DNA from: Octopus sinensis
Lineage: Eukaryota
DNA length: 64,000 bases
Direction: 5' to 3'
NCBI RefSeq assembly: GCF_006345805.1
Contig: NC_043015.1
Coordinates: forward strand, 24,738,001-24,802,000
Shown here piece by piece: positions 37,031-50,285 of this stretch. Under the pieces are notes generated by a model. That model worked only from the letters and a program-made list of their open reading frames with translations. It was not told where the DNA came from and made no database searches. Position 1 is the first letter of the stretch; each line of letters opens with the position of its first letter. Made by a program: the position numbers and the translations under genes.

Positions 37031-37605
37031 TTATCTAAGTAGGAATGTATATATGTGTATGTATGTATATATGTATGTATGTAGACTCCAATTAGGTGTG
37101 TTTTATATACTTCTTTTATGGTTTTCATATATTCATCTTTTGTCCTATTTTCAGTCTTTATTCAATATTGAATATCTGTGCATCTATAGCTTGGCAAATT
37201 GATGTTGATCTCATCACAACTGGACTGGATGATATTGTAGACATTTTTATGGAAATCAGTGGAGAACTGATCAAGAGATTGAACACATTTAGGTTGACAG
37301 AGGTTTTGTGCTTTCCTCTCATATTTGCCTGTCTAATTCTCTTTCAATTCTTTGTGCTAACTTTGTACTTCCATTGTTCTTTCTCACCCTATACACATGT
37401 GTGTGTGTGTGTGTACGTGTCTATTTCTCAAGTTATGAATAATTTGCAAGCTATATATATATATATTATATAATATATATATATGTACATATGTATGTAT
37501 GCATGTATATATATCTCTCTCACTTTATATATTTATATATATATACACACACATATATACATATATCCAGAAATATAAACATATATGTGTGAGTGTGTGT
37601 GTGTG

Positions 37606-37639
<34 letters not shown>

Positions 37640-37798
37640 TATGTATGTATGTATGTATATATTTACATAGAGCATAAAAAATACAGAATACTAAGAAGAA
37701 AATACATGTCTTCAATTTTTATAAATGCACTCACACGCACACACACACACACACACACACAGAGGCATGTATCCATCTTTACGTATATATTTGTGTGT

Positions 37799-37841
<43 letters not shown>

Positions 37842-37850
37842 ATACACATA

Positions 37851-37938
<88 letters not shown>

Positions 37939-38215
37939 TTGATAATCATTAGGTTTAGTTGTCTCAGAATTTCCCATCATTCTCAAAGGGAAAAACAAAA
38001 ATACTTGAGGAACATATATCTTTGATTCCACTGATATTTAACAGATTTGGCAAAATAGAAAAGAAGTTTACAGTATAGAAAACCCATAATTAGCTAAACT
38101 TTCTATTATTTTAATAAATCCCCCTTTAATCCAATTAATGGATTATCTGAAGAGTCTATGGCTTCCAGCCTTCTGATATGGTGATATATTTAAAGACACA
38201 CAAACACATTCTTCC

Positions 38216-38250
<35 letters not shown>

Positions 38251-38869
38251 AATCAATGTTTCTCATTATTGTTTAGATTTCTCTGTTCTTCTGCTTCAAT
38301 TTTCGATAATAAGGTCATTTCTTGCCTTATAATTGAACTGGAATTAGACACATTGTCTTGTAGATGGTATTGATATTTGGTTTTAGAGATATACTGAAGA
38401 TTGATTTTCCTGAACATTTTTTGAATATATAATCAAATTCTCTATAATTCTTAAGTTATTTCACTTTTACTTGAAATAATGCTGAACACACATAAGTTAT
38501 GATAAGTTGAAACTTAAAGAAGTTTATCCTATATGTATATGTAAACATGTGTGCATGTGTGTGTTTGTGCATTTGTGAGTATGTGTTTGACATCACACAA
38601 TAAATGAAAACAAGCAACACCGTTATATGAGCAGTTTCTCTGTTTCACAAAGTTTTGTGAAAACACGCCCCGCAAAGTAGAGTTATTACCATGTTTGGAA
38701 ACAGGTGAGGCTCAGTGACAGGAAGTGTATCCAGCTGTAGAAACATTTGCCTGAACAAATTCCATCTGACCCAAACAAAGAAAAGTGGACATTAGAACAG
38801 TGATGATGATGGCAGTGGCTGTGATGAAGATGATGGTGATGATGATGATGATGATCCATATAGATAGAT

Positions 38870-38984
<115 letters not shown>

Positions 38985-39480
38985 TGAGACAAACTCTATT
39001 AGTTTTATTTGTTTAATAAATTATTAAATCATACCTCCCTATAATAAAATCTTATAATGAATGAAACATTATAATAAAACCCTTATAATTCATTTGTGTG
39101 TTTTTATAATTATTATTATTTTTTTTATTATCATATCTATGTTTATATGTTGGTCTGTCTATTTATCTATCATCATCATCATTTAACATCCGTTTTTCCA
39201 TGTTGACATGGGTTGAACAATTTGACAAGAACTGGCAAGGCCAGAGGCAGCACCAGGCTCCTTAATTTGTTTTGGCTTGGGTTCTACAGCTGGGTGCCCT
39301 TCATAATGCCAACCACTCCAGAGAGTCTCCTAGGTGTATTTTACATGGAACCAGCTCCCACACAATTCAAATAATGCATCTCAAGTTAGAGCTTATACAG
39401 TCTGTTAATTCTATTGCTGCTATCCTTCCTAATTTGATGCTTTTCACAGTGGAATTATTTATTTATTTATTACTTAAATC

Positions 39481-39525
<45 letters not shown>

Positions 39526-39579
39526 CATCATATTTAAACAAACATAAGTTTCTTTTTGAAGTACTTAAAAGCATTGTAG

Positions 39580-39928
39580 CACAATTAGAAAGATATATTT
39601 TTCAATGCGTAAGCACCAATAGAACAGCATACATAGCATAAAATCCTTACAGAGCAGAAAAATGTGTCAGCAACCAACCATAAGAATCGAACTCACATCC
39701 CTTTGATTTTTAGTCAAGTGCTCTACCATTCTGCTAAACTTTTGCAGAAGAATGTGTCAGTAAAGCAGTTTATTGTAATGGTAGAGCACTTGACTGGAAA
39801 TCAAAGGGATGTGAGTTTGATTCTCATGGTTGGTCACCGGCAGGTCTTTCTTGCTTTGTAAGGATTTTATCCTATGTATGCTGTTCTATCAGTATTTACA
39901 CGCTGAAAAATATATCTTTCTAATTGTG
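39580..39928. repeat. ~350-bp fold-back element made of two divergent tRNA-like cassettes
   Basis: Arms 39580-39740 and 39767-39928 are reverse complements. Each inner end is tRNA-like (taatggtagagc, ttga-7-nt loop-tcaa, gagttcgattc). Confidence 0.85.
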
Positions 39929-40145
39929 ATATATTATTATATATCATATATTGTTATTTATAATAATTCAAGTGATCTTAATAGATTTATTTTTTACTCT
40001 AATTATTATCCATAAGTGGTGCAATTTTGTTTTGTTCAGGTGGTTTTGTGTTGAGAGTTAAATTCATTTGTTTCTCTGGTATGATTGGTTCTGCTTCCCT
40101 TTTCTGTTAATATTGGAAACTTTACTTCATAACTTGTAAATAATA

Positions 40146-40498
40146 GGTGCAGAATTGGCTGTGTGGAAAGTAGCTTGTTTACCAACCACATGGTTCTGGG
40201 TTCAGCCCCACTGCATAGCACCTTGGGCAAGTGCCTTCTACTATAGCCTCGGGCTAACCAAAGCCTTGTGAGTGGATTTGGTGTGTGTGTGTGTGTGTGT
40301 ATCTGTGTTTGTCCCCCCCCCACCATCACTTGACAACCAGTGTTCGTGTATTTACGTCCCCGTCACTTAGCAATTCGGCAAAAGGACTGATAGAATAGGT
40401 ACTAAGCTTAAAAACAATAAGTCCTGGGAGTCAACTTGTTCAACTAAAAAGGTGGTGCTCCAGCATGGCTGCAGTCAGATGACTGAAACAAAAAAAAA
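40146..40498 (+). mobile_element. SINE family B, near full length
   Basis: Colinear with 20590-20961 and includes the 'ccttgggcaagtg' CORE-like segment. A-rich tail. Confidence 0.85.
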
Positions 40499-41557
40499 CA
40501 ACTTTTTAACAGGTTTATTCCTATTTTGCTGCACTTAAGCTTATGCTGGTTTATGTATTCAGGAATTAGATTGTAATTTCAAAATTTATTACTTTCTATA
40601 GAGGCTTCGTTTGTACACTTGATTGCTTAAGCCTCTGCATGTCACATCTTGCCAATCATATCTTTTCTATTCTTCAATTAATTCTTTGTTTTCTATTTTT
40701 CTGTTTCCGTTTTGATATTATTGTCATTGTAATTACAGCTTCACAGTAGTCTGACTTATCCTTTATTTTCCTCAATCTCTATCAGTGCTAAATTGGGTTG
40801 AAGGGCTGGAGCACTTAAACCTCTTTTCAGTAATCCTTGATATAGTTTGTCTATACACTAATTATCTAAATTTATCTTAATTAACTCTAGTGTATTCATT
40901 CAATTTATTTTACAGTAATTAAACAATAGATACTCATATGTACACAAAATCTAGAAAGACAGATAGATGGTGCTAATAATCATTGTACACAAGAAAATGT
41001 AATTTAGTTCATTGTCACTCCATGACTGAGTCTGTTGTTTATTAAAAGGAATTGACAGAGTCAGGTTTAAATTTGGCACTGGTCTCTGAGGTGAGGAATT
41101 CTTGCTGCTAGTCTCCAATTCTGAGTGGAGTTGGTAGATTCAAAGGCAGTTGAAGATAAGATATGCCATTCAACTTCCTTCTATTTCTTTTATTACTTGT
41201 TTTATTCAAATATATAATTTCTTTCCTATAAATCTTCCCACTTGAAGGTTTCGGTTTGGACATCAATTTTTCTCTGACAACCTAGTTGCACTACCTATAA
41301 TTTCAGATTGGCCAATTATACTCCTATTCATTTCTATTTTGAACAGATGGTACTTTTGCATTTCGGTTCATATAATGTTGAACCCCACCAGTCTAACAAA
41401 ATATCAAATATTGACCTGCACGTGGTCCTTATATAATGGTGTATTGCATAATATTATGCATATTCCATGCCTTACATAACTGAATGTACAATGTTACATC
41501 ATAATAAAATCTCCTAATGAGACATTGTAGCTAAACCATACAATTCATTCACCTGTC

Positions 41558-41595
<38 letters not shown>

Positions 41596-41691
41596 GTTAT
41601 CCTTATCATATTACGTCACCTTGTTGATTCGAGTTATACTGTTTAGCTGACAAATGTGGTGGGATTCACTTAGTCATGCATCAACATTTAA

Positions 41692-41895
41692 TCCTTCAAC
41701 ATTTAGATTAATGTTTGTTTATTCACATTTTGAATTAATCCTGTATTATCTTGTAACTTCAAGATTTCAATGATGTGACAATATACTTTTGGAATGACAT
41801 TGTAGGATAGGTGTGAGAGGCCAGTTGTAGCCAGTTTGAACATAAAACAGGTAGAATATTTGGGCTGGATTTGGACCTGTTTAAATGCTAAAGGG
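41692..41895. mobile_element. piggyBac-like MITE
   Basis: TTAA at 41688-41691 and 41896-41899. Imperfect TIRs tccttcaacattta / taaatgctaaaggg. Related partial copy at about 62796-62950. Confidence 0.6.
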
Positions 41896-41968
41896 TTAAA
41901 CTGATCCTCTTCTATATGTGTGTGTGTGTATATATAGATATATATATGTGTGTGCATGTGTGAGCGTG

Positions 41969-41999
<31 letters not shown>

Positions 42000-42032
42000 T
42001 ACACACATGTGAGTGAGAACACTTTGAGATAT

Positions 42033-42827
42033 TTTTGGTATCTAACATATGTCAGATACTGCGAGCGCTGCTTCTGATTGGTCAATCCACGGTGATGACC
42101 CGAGGTCACGGTGACGGCACTACTTTTGTCATTCATAAGTTCCAACTAAACTTCATTCATTACTTTCACGAGCAGGTAGAATGTAGCCATGTAATTAAAC
42201 AAACATACTATCTTTTTTATACCAGATATCACTTAAAGTTATATACACATAAAATATAAACATTTCTGGTGTAATTCAATTTTTTGTTGCCAAAAAAATC
42301 ACAATATATTTCGTGTGCTTGTCGATACTCTTGCAGTGCAGGTAGATCTATCAACAAGATGGCTACTGTTGTGGATATCAAGGTGAATGATTTTGTTAAG
42401 ATTGATGGTAAAGATGGGGGAAGAGTGTTATCCGTTGTTCAACCTCTTGGAACATACAGAATGTTCAAAGTGAAGATCAATACTGGCCAAGTTCGACTGA
42501 AAACTTAGCGCTATAAAGTTGGACTATCTTCCTGTGGCATGACATCTTTTACAGTTACACATTGTGACGTCACTGATGTGAAATCAAGCTGTATTCATGC
42601 GCGCTTCAACACAATGTGAAGAATTTAGTTATTGGGTTAATAAAATATGGTCGTTTATTCGTGTGTAATAAATAAAATACCAAACTCATTCCCTATGGAT
42701 ACCGTATTTATTACAACTCATGGCTTGTAAATGTATCTAACTCACTTTCACTCGTTAGATACGTTTACAAGCCACTCGTTGTAATAAATACGGTATCCAT
42801 AGGGAACTCATTTGGTATTCTCTCTAT
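42033..42827 (+). mobile_element. Crypton-like non-autonomous DNA element with long terminal hairpin
   Basis: CpG-rich. 'ctgattggtcaa' motif. ORF stub MATVVDIKVNDFVKIDGKDGGRVL from about 42359. 144-bp hairpin at 42676-42819 with ACTCR bulges, resembling CryptonV-type ends as recalled from memory. Confidence 0.5.
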
Positions 42828-42864
42828 AAATGTATTGATACATTCATCGCCATACCTATTCTTT

Positions 42865-43062
42865 TATTCTGTTATTTGTTTCAGTCATTTGACTGCAGCC
42901 ATGCTGGAGCATCACCTTTAGTCAAACAAATCGACCTCAGGACTTATTCTTTGTAAGCCCAGTACTTATTCTGTCAGCCACTTTTTCCCAACCGCTAAGT
43001 TATGGGGACGTGAACACACCAACATCAGTTGTCAAGCAATGGTGGGGGAGACAAATACAGAC
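42865..43062 (-). mobile_element. SINE family B 3' half
   Basis: Reverse complement of 20765-20960. Confidence 0.8.
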
Positions 43063-43300
43063 ATCTGTCAGTAGATGTTTAGCTTTACACATGGATTGAA
43101 TAATAGTAGCAGGTTTTTGTTTTATGGAATAAGTTTTGCTGTAAACAACTGTCAGTGCCATGCACGTGACCAGCATCATTAAAGTCGAAGCCTGTTTAGC
43201 TGTTGGTTGCTTCCTATTGATAACTTCCTTGGTTACCTTTCTGCTTCCTGTATACTTCTGCATTAACCAATGGAAAGCCATAACAAGTCAATTATGACAG

Positions 43301-43640
43301 AGTTTGGCTCAGTGGTTAGAGCGTCGAGCTTACGATCGTGAGGTTGTGAGCTCGAATCCCGGACCGGGCTGCGTGTTGTGTTCTTGAGCAAGACACTTTA
43401 TTCAACGTTGCTGCAGTTCACTCAGCTGTAGAAATGAGTTGCGACGTCACAGGTGCCAAGTTGTATCGGCCCTTGCCTTTCCCTTGGACAACATCGGTGA
43501 CGTGGAGAGGGGAGGCCAGTATGCATGGGCGACTGCTGGTCTTCCATAAAACAATCTTGCCCAGACTTGTGCCTCAGAGGGTAACTCTCTAGGTGCAAAC
43601 CCATGGTCAGTGTCTGACCGAAGGGGGTCTTTTTTTTTTT
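43301..43640 (+). mobile_element. Young tRNA-derived SINE (third family)
   Basis: A box tggctcagtggttagagc, B box gctcgaatccc, 'gtgttcttgagcaagacactt' core. CpGs retained. Ends in a T-run. Confidence 0.85.
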
Positions 43641-43838
43641 ATTGGAAAAAACTATATTCAAGTACTTTCTTGAAAATCTATAAACTGTTTACTGATATTT
43701 TAATTCTTTGCGACAGTTATCAGTGAACAGATCGCAGATGTGCAGCAAGAACAGATAACAATCTCTCTCTTTCTCTCCATGCTAAACCATCCAATCGATG
43801 CCAGCATGGAAAAAGGTAAGTCGAATGATGATGAGATA

Positions 43839-44709
43839 TGTGAAGGGGTTCACAAAAGTAACCAGAAACTTTCTCTGTGGAACAAGCCCAAAGCAGTTCA
43901 GATTTTCACCACTAGAAGCCACTTGATGTAACCCTCAGGCATCAGTATGCTATGGGGCATTGTCAAGTGTAGTTCTACTGCCACATGTCTTTGCTTTGTT
44001 GTGCTTCTCTTTTGTTCATCAATTTTTGCAATGACTGGAACAAAGGAACAGCGTGCTTCCATGAAATTCTGTTTTCTGTTGGGGAAAACTGCAGCTGAAA
44101 ATGATGACATGCTTCAAACAGCTTACAAGGACACTGCCATGAGGAAAACACAAGTTTATGAGTGGTTTTTACACTTTAGGAATGGTCACTTGTTGCTTGA
44201 AGCTTGACCTTGTTCAGGGCATCTGTTACCCTCCCAAACAAATGAAAACATGAAAATTCCGGAACTGATCTTGGAGAATGATTACCAAATTATTGACAAA
44301 CTTGCTGACATGAATAGTGTGTCCTGAGTGAGGAATTGTGAATGAAAAGAGTTGCAGCAAAATCTGTGCCTCACTTGCTCATGAAAGATCAAAAGTAGTC
44401 ATGACTGAATGTGAGTCATGAACTGAAAGAACAGCTGGAAATTGATCCAAACCTTTTTTTAAGGTCATTACTGGTGATAAGAGCTGGTGCTACGGAATTT
44501 GTAGATGTGGAAGAGATGTGGAAGGAAAAAACAATGGAGGCATTAAAAGGCATCATTTTGCAAGGGTTCCAGCACTGCTTTGAACAGTGGAAAACACATC
44601 TGGACTGATGCCTTGGAAAATTCTTTAAAGGTGGTAAAAGTATAAACATTTAAAACTAAGTGAATAAAATGATATTGCAAAATTCTGGTTTCTTTTGGGT
44701 ATCCCCTCA
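43839..44709 (+). mobile_element. Mariner (Tc1/mariner) element, internally deleted
   Basis: TIRs tgaaggggttcacaaaagtaaccagaa / ttctggtttcttttgggtatcccctca with TA flanks. HTH region EQRASMKFCFLLGKTAAE..QVYEWF. ITGDKSWCY joined directly to the C-terminal FQHCFEQWK. Confidence 0.9.
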
Positions 44710-44719
44710 TATTAAAGCA

Positions 44720-45470
44720 AAACTTGTGCAACCCTAAAGTCTCTGAGGCTGGTATTGCATTTAGAACAGCATAAAAGTGGATAGCGGTAGGTGCTGTTAA
44801 GTCTGCAGAGTTATGGCTAAGGCACAAAGTGCTTTTAGGCATTGTATCATAAGGATGGGCTGGGCTGGGTGATACCACAACACCTCACTATGACAGTTGC
44901 GAAGAAAGGACAGGAAGTTACTGATGCAGAATGATAAATGAGTTTCAGTTGAAGAAGAATGAACTAGCAAATATGTTGAGATGAGACATTAGGGAGCCTG
45001 GTAAAGATGGGACCGAGTGGTAGTATGCAAAGTTTCTTGATCTGACCATTGAAGATAACAACCCCACCAGATTAAAATTCCTAATTCAGGCAGATTACAA
45101 AGCCTTATTGAGCTCATCCAATATGTCCAATTTAGGAAAGTTGGAGTCACCAGCTTGCCCCATGTGCCTGATGGAGGACCTGTGGAGCTGTCCAAAATCT
45201 CAGATAGAGAGATATGACCACTGAAGGCATGGCCAGCTCTTGAAGGTCATAGTAGATACCATCTGGAGTCACAGCAGTCATTGTATGTACCTCTGACCAA
45301 CAAAAAGTTTATCATCGACGTCAAGGCAAGCATGAAAATAATTGCAAACTGCCAGGTCCACCTCCTTGAGCTTACTTGCAACACTAGAGGACCCATTTAG
45401 GATTTTATCAAGCTTATGTATAAATTTTCTTTTTATATGTTTGTTTTGTTTTACACAACATTGAAACAAT
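44720..45470 (-). mobile_element. Highly degenerate LINE RT fragment
   Basis: Minus strand TPDGIYYDLQRAG..LSEILDSSTGPPSGTWGKLVTPTF resembles the non-LTR RT start (PGPDGI.Y..L...IF..S...G..P..WK.A.V.P). Confidence 0.45.
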
Positions 45471-45548
45471 AGCTAAAAATTTTGTGAAACAGCATCTCAA
45501 CTAATTCTAGTCACAAGTTGCTATTAATAGTAAGAAATATATAGTACA

Positions 45549-46061
45549 TCTATATATATAAAACTGTAGTTGTGTGAGTGTCTGTCCCCTTCGATTTAGA
45601 TTCCTAACTACTCCCACATTTTGCGGTGCAGCTTAACCAAATTCGGGTATCTTATAGTCGTGATTCATATCAAGCCCGTCTGAGTATTAGCGCGTGTCTA
45701 CGATGAGTCTACGATTTTAAAAATAATTTAACATCATTTTTTATTCCATTTTAATGCATAATTTTTCGTGTGTCGATGGCGGCGGAGTTGGCATCCATGG
45801 TCACACCTGCACCTGTTTGCTTCTCCCCCTTCTTCCCTCCCTCGTGAAGCTGTGGGGAAGGGAGTGTAAGGAAATCAACGTCGTAAAGCGTTGTCAAGGA
45901 GACCAGCGTTCTTTTAGAACAACGACTTCATGGCTTGAAGACACCAAAACAGAAATGGCTAAGAAAGCCCGAATTGGCATCTATAAGGGAAGTAACTCTC
46001 TAAAAATGCTTATATAGTTATTTCCCTTACAAACCCGAGCAACGCCGGGCGATACTGCTAG
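45549..46061 (+). mobile_element. Non-autonomous Helitron
   Basis: A|TC 5' end at 45549, CTAG|T 3' end at 46061, GC hairpin cccgagc-aac-gccggg at 46034-46049. No TSD. CpG-rich. Confidence 0.88.
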
Positions 46062-49000
46062 TAATACATAAAACTAAATACGATATATTTTATGCATCAT
46101 GTATTAATATCCCTTATATTGTATGCAATACATATAAATACTTTATTATATATCATAAACTTTAAATTCTCAATATGAATGAATCTGCAACTATGGTTGA
46201 TTTTATCTATTCTATTATGCCTCAAATCATGGCTTGGAAATTTATACTGCTTTCTTATTTCAATATTTTTTGTATATTCTCACTCATCTCATAATGTTAT
46301 ACATATTTATTGAATTTTAGTAATTATATATTCTATCATTGAATTATTATTATTGTTATTATTACTATTATTATTATTATTATTATTAATATTCTTCTTC
46401 TTCTTCTTATTATTATTATTATTATTATTATTCCAATTTACCTTTTACTTTATGTATTACATTAATTTATTTTATTCTATTTTGCTTTTATTTTATCCCA
46501 TTATATTTTTTCTAACCACTTCTTAATTATCTTTTAATTCCTATGATATTATTTGCATGTTCTCTATCTATTAATTCTATTTTTTATTATTATCCAAAAT
46601 TTTATTATTTTATTTTTATACCATTATCCATTTGCTTTTGTATATTTTTTTTATTGTATGCTTTTATTGTTTACTTCTTTATTTAAATAATTATTGATAT
46701 GACGGTCACTCTTCCAATTTCATACACTCCTTCACTCTATTCATAGACTCTCAGACTTATTGTCTTGCCTTTATGGTCATTTGGCTTTAAAAAAAGACAT
46801 ATAGAAGGCTGTCAAATAACTGGGTCGCTTGTTGAATAGAATTAAAAGATAAAAGAAACAAACTCTTAGTTGTAGAGGAGAGATGCTTTGCTATACAACT
46901 CCCCCTACCCCTTCCTGTAACTTCCTTCATCGCTATAAATCTTTGTTACCCCAACCCTCACATGATATTATTTTCTCTTATAAAGCTAAGAAATGGAACA
47001 GAACTGATAAATTTATTCTATGACAAGCAAGGGTAATAGAATCATGAAGATGTACATCCCACTGGGTTTTGAATGTTTTTGAAGGTTATGGTTCATGTAT
47101 CCACGGAATGAAAATTGTTTTCTATAATGATGTAATGTCTCCATTAATCACTTATAAATTCGTTGGAAACAGCTGTAATGAATTGACACATTATCTATCT
47201 GTTATGATTTATTTGTTTATTATTCACCTTTCTTGGAACCTGCTCCTTGCATAAAACCAAAGCCTATTATGGACCATACCTTTAGAACATTGCGTGTGTT
47301 TCTCAATTAGCCTCAGGGCCATTGATATGCTCAGTCTGGTAGAGTTAATCCCATACATAACTTCAAAATATCTTTCTGCTCATACTTCCATACCTGCACA
47401 TGTATTCCTCTATTTTTGTTGTGTACACAATTTACTTTTCAACCCAACCTGGTGCCTCTCCATTCAAGTGCCTAATTTCTTTGAATCCTGGTCTATTATA
47501 TATATGTATGTATGGATGGATGGATGTAAGTATGTATGTATGTATGTATATATACATATATATATATATTTTAAAGTTAAATTTTCTTAGAAAGTATGTT
47601 TTTAAATATACTTCACAATATATGGACTGTATTAAGCTCATTGTGATTTAAATCATTGCAAGCTAAATCGAAATATAAGGGAAATTATAGAAGGAACACA
47701 TCTAGGCAATCAATACAAATTCCAAAGCATAATTTTCAACACACACCAAAATAAATGTACATATAAATTTATAAATCATTGAACAAAATTACGTGTAGAA
47801 GTCATATGCGAAACCTATGTACGTTGGGTTCAGGTACTGAATGGAGGAGTAACAAATAAAGAGATAAAAATTCAAGGTAAGGGCTTCCAAAAGGAACTGT
47901 TCAAATGTATTTAGAATTTGATGTTTATACGAAATGTCAGATGAGAGTCCAACCTTTAAAAATTCAGGGATAAATAGGTAGATAAAATAAATATATACAG
48001 ATTCGGGTGAATTTGGGTAAAGGAATTCACCTGATTTATAAATTTAAATGTATATTTACTTCATCGTGCGTTTTAAATTATGCTTTAGAGTGTCTGAGGC
48101 ACATGGAGAAAGAGTGACTATCTCTCCCCAATTGTGAGGCACTATGAAATAATTTGATATCCAGTAGTGTCTATTACTTTCCAAGATTAAACCAAAGTTA
48201 ATCAAATAATATATGTCTATGAATATTACATTGTAAAGCAATCATGACTCGAAAGCATGATATTCAAGATTTTCTTTAAAAAATGCATATCATAGCAAAT
48301 AAAAATAAAAGTAATTTCAGGAAATTAAAAAAATTCTTCATTTCATTTGCACTTTACTGCTTTTTTTAATTCTTGAATTAAATAAAGCAAAAAGACAAAG
48401 AAAGAAAGAAAGAAAACATGCACTGCTACATGTTTTGATTTTGTAATTCTAGAATGATCGGGAATAAAATATGCAAACAATTTGTTAAAAGTTTTGTTTC
48501 AAAGCTTTCCTTTGCTTTTATATGAAGAAGAAAAAAACTACATTATTTTGTTTTTAGAGATAAAAGACATTTAACATTATAAATTCGTTTATAAAGAATT
48601 TACAATTTCTATTGTTGTTCATCAGATGCTGGCACCAGCATCAAATGTCTTAGTATTTCTCTTTTATAATATTCGTCGATGTTTTGCTCGCCTAAATCTG
48701 CATTGTTCTTCGCAAGATTAAACATCAACAAGCTTCTAAGTTTTATCACCGATATAACAGTCATCAACAACCATGTGAGCCGTTTCTTAATTTGAAAGAT
48801 CATAATCATTAATATTTAACAATACTTGAATTGCATTCAAGCATTTCATTAAATATTGTAGCTGACATTAATAAATTTATGTTCGAATAAAACAGTAAAA
48901 ACAAGATTCAATAAAGGAAATAAAAAAACAACAAATAAAGAACATGAAATAGCATGGAAAACCTTTGCATTTCAAGACTATTTACGCTTCAACATATGAC

Positions 49001-49111
49001 TTTGTCTTTCTCTTTTTTGTTTCTGAATTATTTTTACAATGAAAAGCCATATAAATATCAATATTTTACTCAATAATCAATACTTCGATTTATTGTTTTT
49101 TTTTTGTTTTT

Positions 49112-49830
49112 TTAGCAGATCAGAAATATCAAATATTTAGTGAGAAGTAAAGGAATATGGTAAACTGAGACAATTCATGGTAAGAAGAGTATATATTCTT
49201 CTCAATCAATTTGGTAAAGGAATGAGTATCTTCACGAGATTTATCCTAGTAGGGAGTATATTCCACTGAGCCATCTGTTGAGCATATTCAACTCAATAAT
49301 TAATACATTTATTACTTTCCATCATGACCCTGGAGAGCTAACACTCAAAATTGTCCGTTAAGGCATTTGAACTCTGATGTGCAGCATAGTAATATGTACA
49401 GACCAAAGATATCCGGCTGCTGCCTCACTGAATCAATAATCAATACATTGATTTTTTGGGGTTTCTTTTAGCAAAACATAAATATTAAATATTTATAGAA
49501 AAGAGAAGTAATATGGTAAACTGAGAGAATCTGGGATAAGAAGAGTTTATAATCCACTCAATCAATTTGCTAAGGGAATGCACATCTTCAACAAAATTAT
49601 TTTGGTAAAGGAGGGAAGGGGTGAATCCCGCTGAAACAAAATGGAGGCAAGGCTGGGGGTAATAAAATGAAACAACTCAATACATAATCTCTGTGTTTAT
49701 TTCTTTACTTTCTGACTTCATTGTTCCTGGAGGGCTAATAGTCAAAATTGATCCTTAAGTTGTTTGAACTCTGAACTGCAACAATCTGATCGATCTGGAC
49801 CAAAGAATCCAGCTTCTGATTGGTTGTTTT
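49112..49830. repeat. Ancient tandem pair of ~360-420-bp units
   Basis: Shared blocks 'aatatggtaaactgaga', 'taagaagagt', 'ctcaatcaatttg', 'cctggag.gctaa', 'tttgaactctga' and 'gaccaaaga' in 49112-49440 and 49468-49830. Confidence 0.7.
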
Positions 49831-50234
49831 GATGATAAAGTTTCTGTCAAAAATGTAGTTGTGGAAATTTATTGCCTAAAATGAATACTTGCCTGGATGT
49901 GTCACACTATACACTCACAAACACATTTACACAGACAGGTACCCACATATATAGAATGAGAAATGTAAAGAGGAAGAGAATGAGAAAGAAGGGAGAGAGA
50001 ATGGCATGTGTTTGTATGTTTATTTACCTATATGTGTTTATAAGTTTATGTATGTGAACACACATTCATATAGTGTGTTATTCTACAATATATAGACAGA
50101 CATATATGCATTTGTGTGTGTGCTTGTGTGTATGTGTGTGTATATACATTTATAAATATATATATATATACATATATACGTGAGTATATATATATACATA
50201 TGTATATATATATATATATTTATTTTATAGAAGG

Positions 50235-50285
50235 AGCTTCTACAGGACTAGTACTGTTTAATTCAAATGAAATCATCAGGAAGCT
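50235..50285 (-). ncRNA. Type I hammerhead ribozyme, core-mutated (UAAA for GAAA)
   Basis: agcuuc-CUGAUGA-uuucauuugaau-UAAA-cag-uacuaguc-cug-UA-gaagcu. Confidence 0.6.

Noticed and set aside
39765-39836. Functional tRNA gene
   Set aside because: Acceptor stem does not pair well, T-loop and D-arm are mutated, and the two arms disagree at the anticodon. Treated as a tRNA-derived repeat.
40500-41550. Possible ancient PLE/LINE coding remnant
   Set aside because: Only vague motif-like fragments; no consistent frame or diagnostic motif.
43301-43370. tRNA gene
   Set aside because: A/B boxes are followed by a SINE body and the acceptor stem is not intact.
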